A stretch of DNA of 64,000 nt, taken from Raja brachyura. Its lineage: Eukaryota. Shown one piece after another: positions 62,795 through 64,000 of this stretch. Numbering within the stretch: position 1 is the stretch's first letter; every line of letters starts with the position of its first letter. Position numbers and translations under genes: made by a program. Location of the stretch: the NCBI GenBank assembly GCA_963514005.1, contig OY740782.1, forward strand, positions 84,072,001 to 84,136,000. The letters are read 5' to 3'. Under the pieces are notes generated by a model, which saw only the letters and a program-made list of their open reading frames with translations, did not search any database and was not told where the DNA came from.

Positions 62795-63250
62795 TGGAGA
62801 CACAAGGAACTGCAGATGTTGGAATCTTGTTCATAACACAAAGTTTTGGAGGAACTCAGCGGGTTAGGCAGCATCCGTGATGGGAATTGAAAGGCGACGT
62901 TTCGTATCAAGACTCTTCCTCAGACTAATAGCCAAAGGTGGAAAAAAACAGCAAAAGCGACAAGGCCTGGCAAATGATAGTTGTATATAGGGGGGTTAAT
63001 TGACAGATGGGTGAAGTAAGTGACAATTACTGGAAGTAAACGGAGACCAAAGGAGTGAAGAGTGAAATGTAAAGTCAAAGAGAAGGAGAAGGGGATGGGG
63101 AAGGCAGACTAAAAGGGAAGTGAGGAATTCCGGATGGGACAATGTACAAAAGAATGTACAAAGGAGGGGATGTACGAAGGATATTAGTGTACATGGGGTG
63201 GAGCAGTACAAATGGGGGTTAGCAACTGGGAAATCCAACAGGTTTCAGTG
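62795..63250 (-). mobile_element. Penelope-type element fragment with hammerhead core
   Basis: Minus strand ctgaggaagagtcttgatacgaaacgtc (about 62896-62923); ggaggaactcagcgggttaggcagcatc family motif; purine-rich body. Confidence 0.55.
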
Positions 63251-63544
63251 ATTGAGGACAAGTTTTAGTTTATTTAGTTTTGTTATAGAGATGCAGCGCT
63301 GAAACAAGCTCTTTGGTGAGGGAGGAGGTGCAGGGTCAGCTGTTTCTTCTCTGTGTCATTAGTCTGCCAATTACTCAACTTCAAGATTCACACACAACTC
63401 TTGGGTGAAGAGCCAAAAGAACAAACTAAAATGTCTGTGCCATTAGACAAGAAATTGGCAAGATAGCAGTTTGACTGTCTAATTAGTACCACCTCCTACT
63501 CTTTCTACAACACAATGATGGCATTTCAGTCACAGTCACAGTCA

Positions 63545-64000
63545 CAGAGGTCGACGTCAGAAAATCCTTCAGAGGGGTGAACCCTCGGAAAGCACCTGGA
63601 CCTGATGGTATACCCGGTCATGTTCTAAAAACCTGTGCGGACCAACTGGCTGGAGTTTTTACGGACATTTCCAACCTGTCACTTCTGAGGTCTGAGGTTC
63701 CCACCTGCTTTAAAAGGGCATCAATAATACCGATGCCCAAGAAGAGCAAGGTGACGTGCCTCAATGACTATCAACCAGTGGCACTAACGTCGGTGGTGAT
63801 GAAGTGCTTCGAGAGGTTGATCATGGCGCAAATCAACTCATACCTCGACAAAAACCTGGACCCACTGCAGTTCGCTTACCGCCACAACAGATCAACAGTG
63901 GATGCAATCTCACTGGCTCTCCACTCCATTCTGGACCACTTGGACAACATAAGCTTATATGTCGATTTCCTCATTCACAGACCACAGTCTGTCCGTATTG
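63545..64000 (+). mobile_element. Rex1/Babar-like LINE RT fragment
   Basis: [36 protein letters not shown]...[15 protein letters not shown]...[19 protein letters not shown]...LDPLQFAYR. Confidence 0.92.

Noticed and set aside
48468-64000. Exons of the neighbouring NR1D2 (Rev-erb beta) on the opposite strand
   Set aside because: No nuclear-receptor-like peptide was seen on the - strand in the ORF track or by inspection.

Overview
Eukaryotic, repeat-rich, AT-rich vertebrate genomic DNA. The repeat landscape (HE1/V-SINE-like SINEs, CR1/HER1-like LINEs, Rex1/Babar LINEs, Penelope-type palindromes) suggests a cartilaginous fish, probably a skate or ray; this is an inference. The window holds the complete coding region of thyroid hormone receptor beta (THRB) on the + strand as the TRbeta2 isoform. 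There are 7 coding exons (21090-21399, 26301-26401, 30332-30479, 31083-31288, 32844-32990, 43335-43593, 48226-48467), giving 1413 nt and 470 aa, with one GC-AG intron and a long putative 3' UTR. About 5 kb of stacked transposons sits about 220 bp upstream of the TRbeta2 ATG: a Harbinger MITE, a Penelope-type fragment, and a short retroelement split by a near-full-length DIRS tyrosine-recombinase retrotransposon. This block separates the core promoter from a ONECUT/OTX2/NeuroD motif cluster resembling the cone enhancer ThrbCRM1. Other elements: a second, decayed DIRS; a hAT transposon with a CGGBP1-like transposase remnant; a non-autonomous Helitron carrying minisatellites; several MITEs; and many Penelope-type repeats with minimal hammerhead-ribozyme cores, one forming a 75-nt near-perfect hairpin in the THRB 3' UTR. 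Most other listed ORFs are LINE fragments or spurious. Boundaries of decayed repeats are approximate. Comparisons with other species are from recalled sequences, not from searches.
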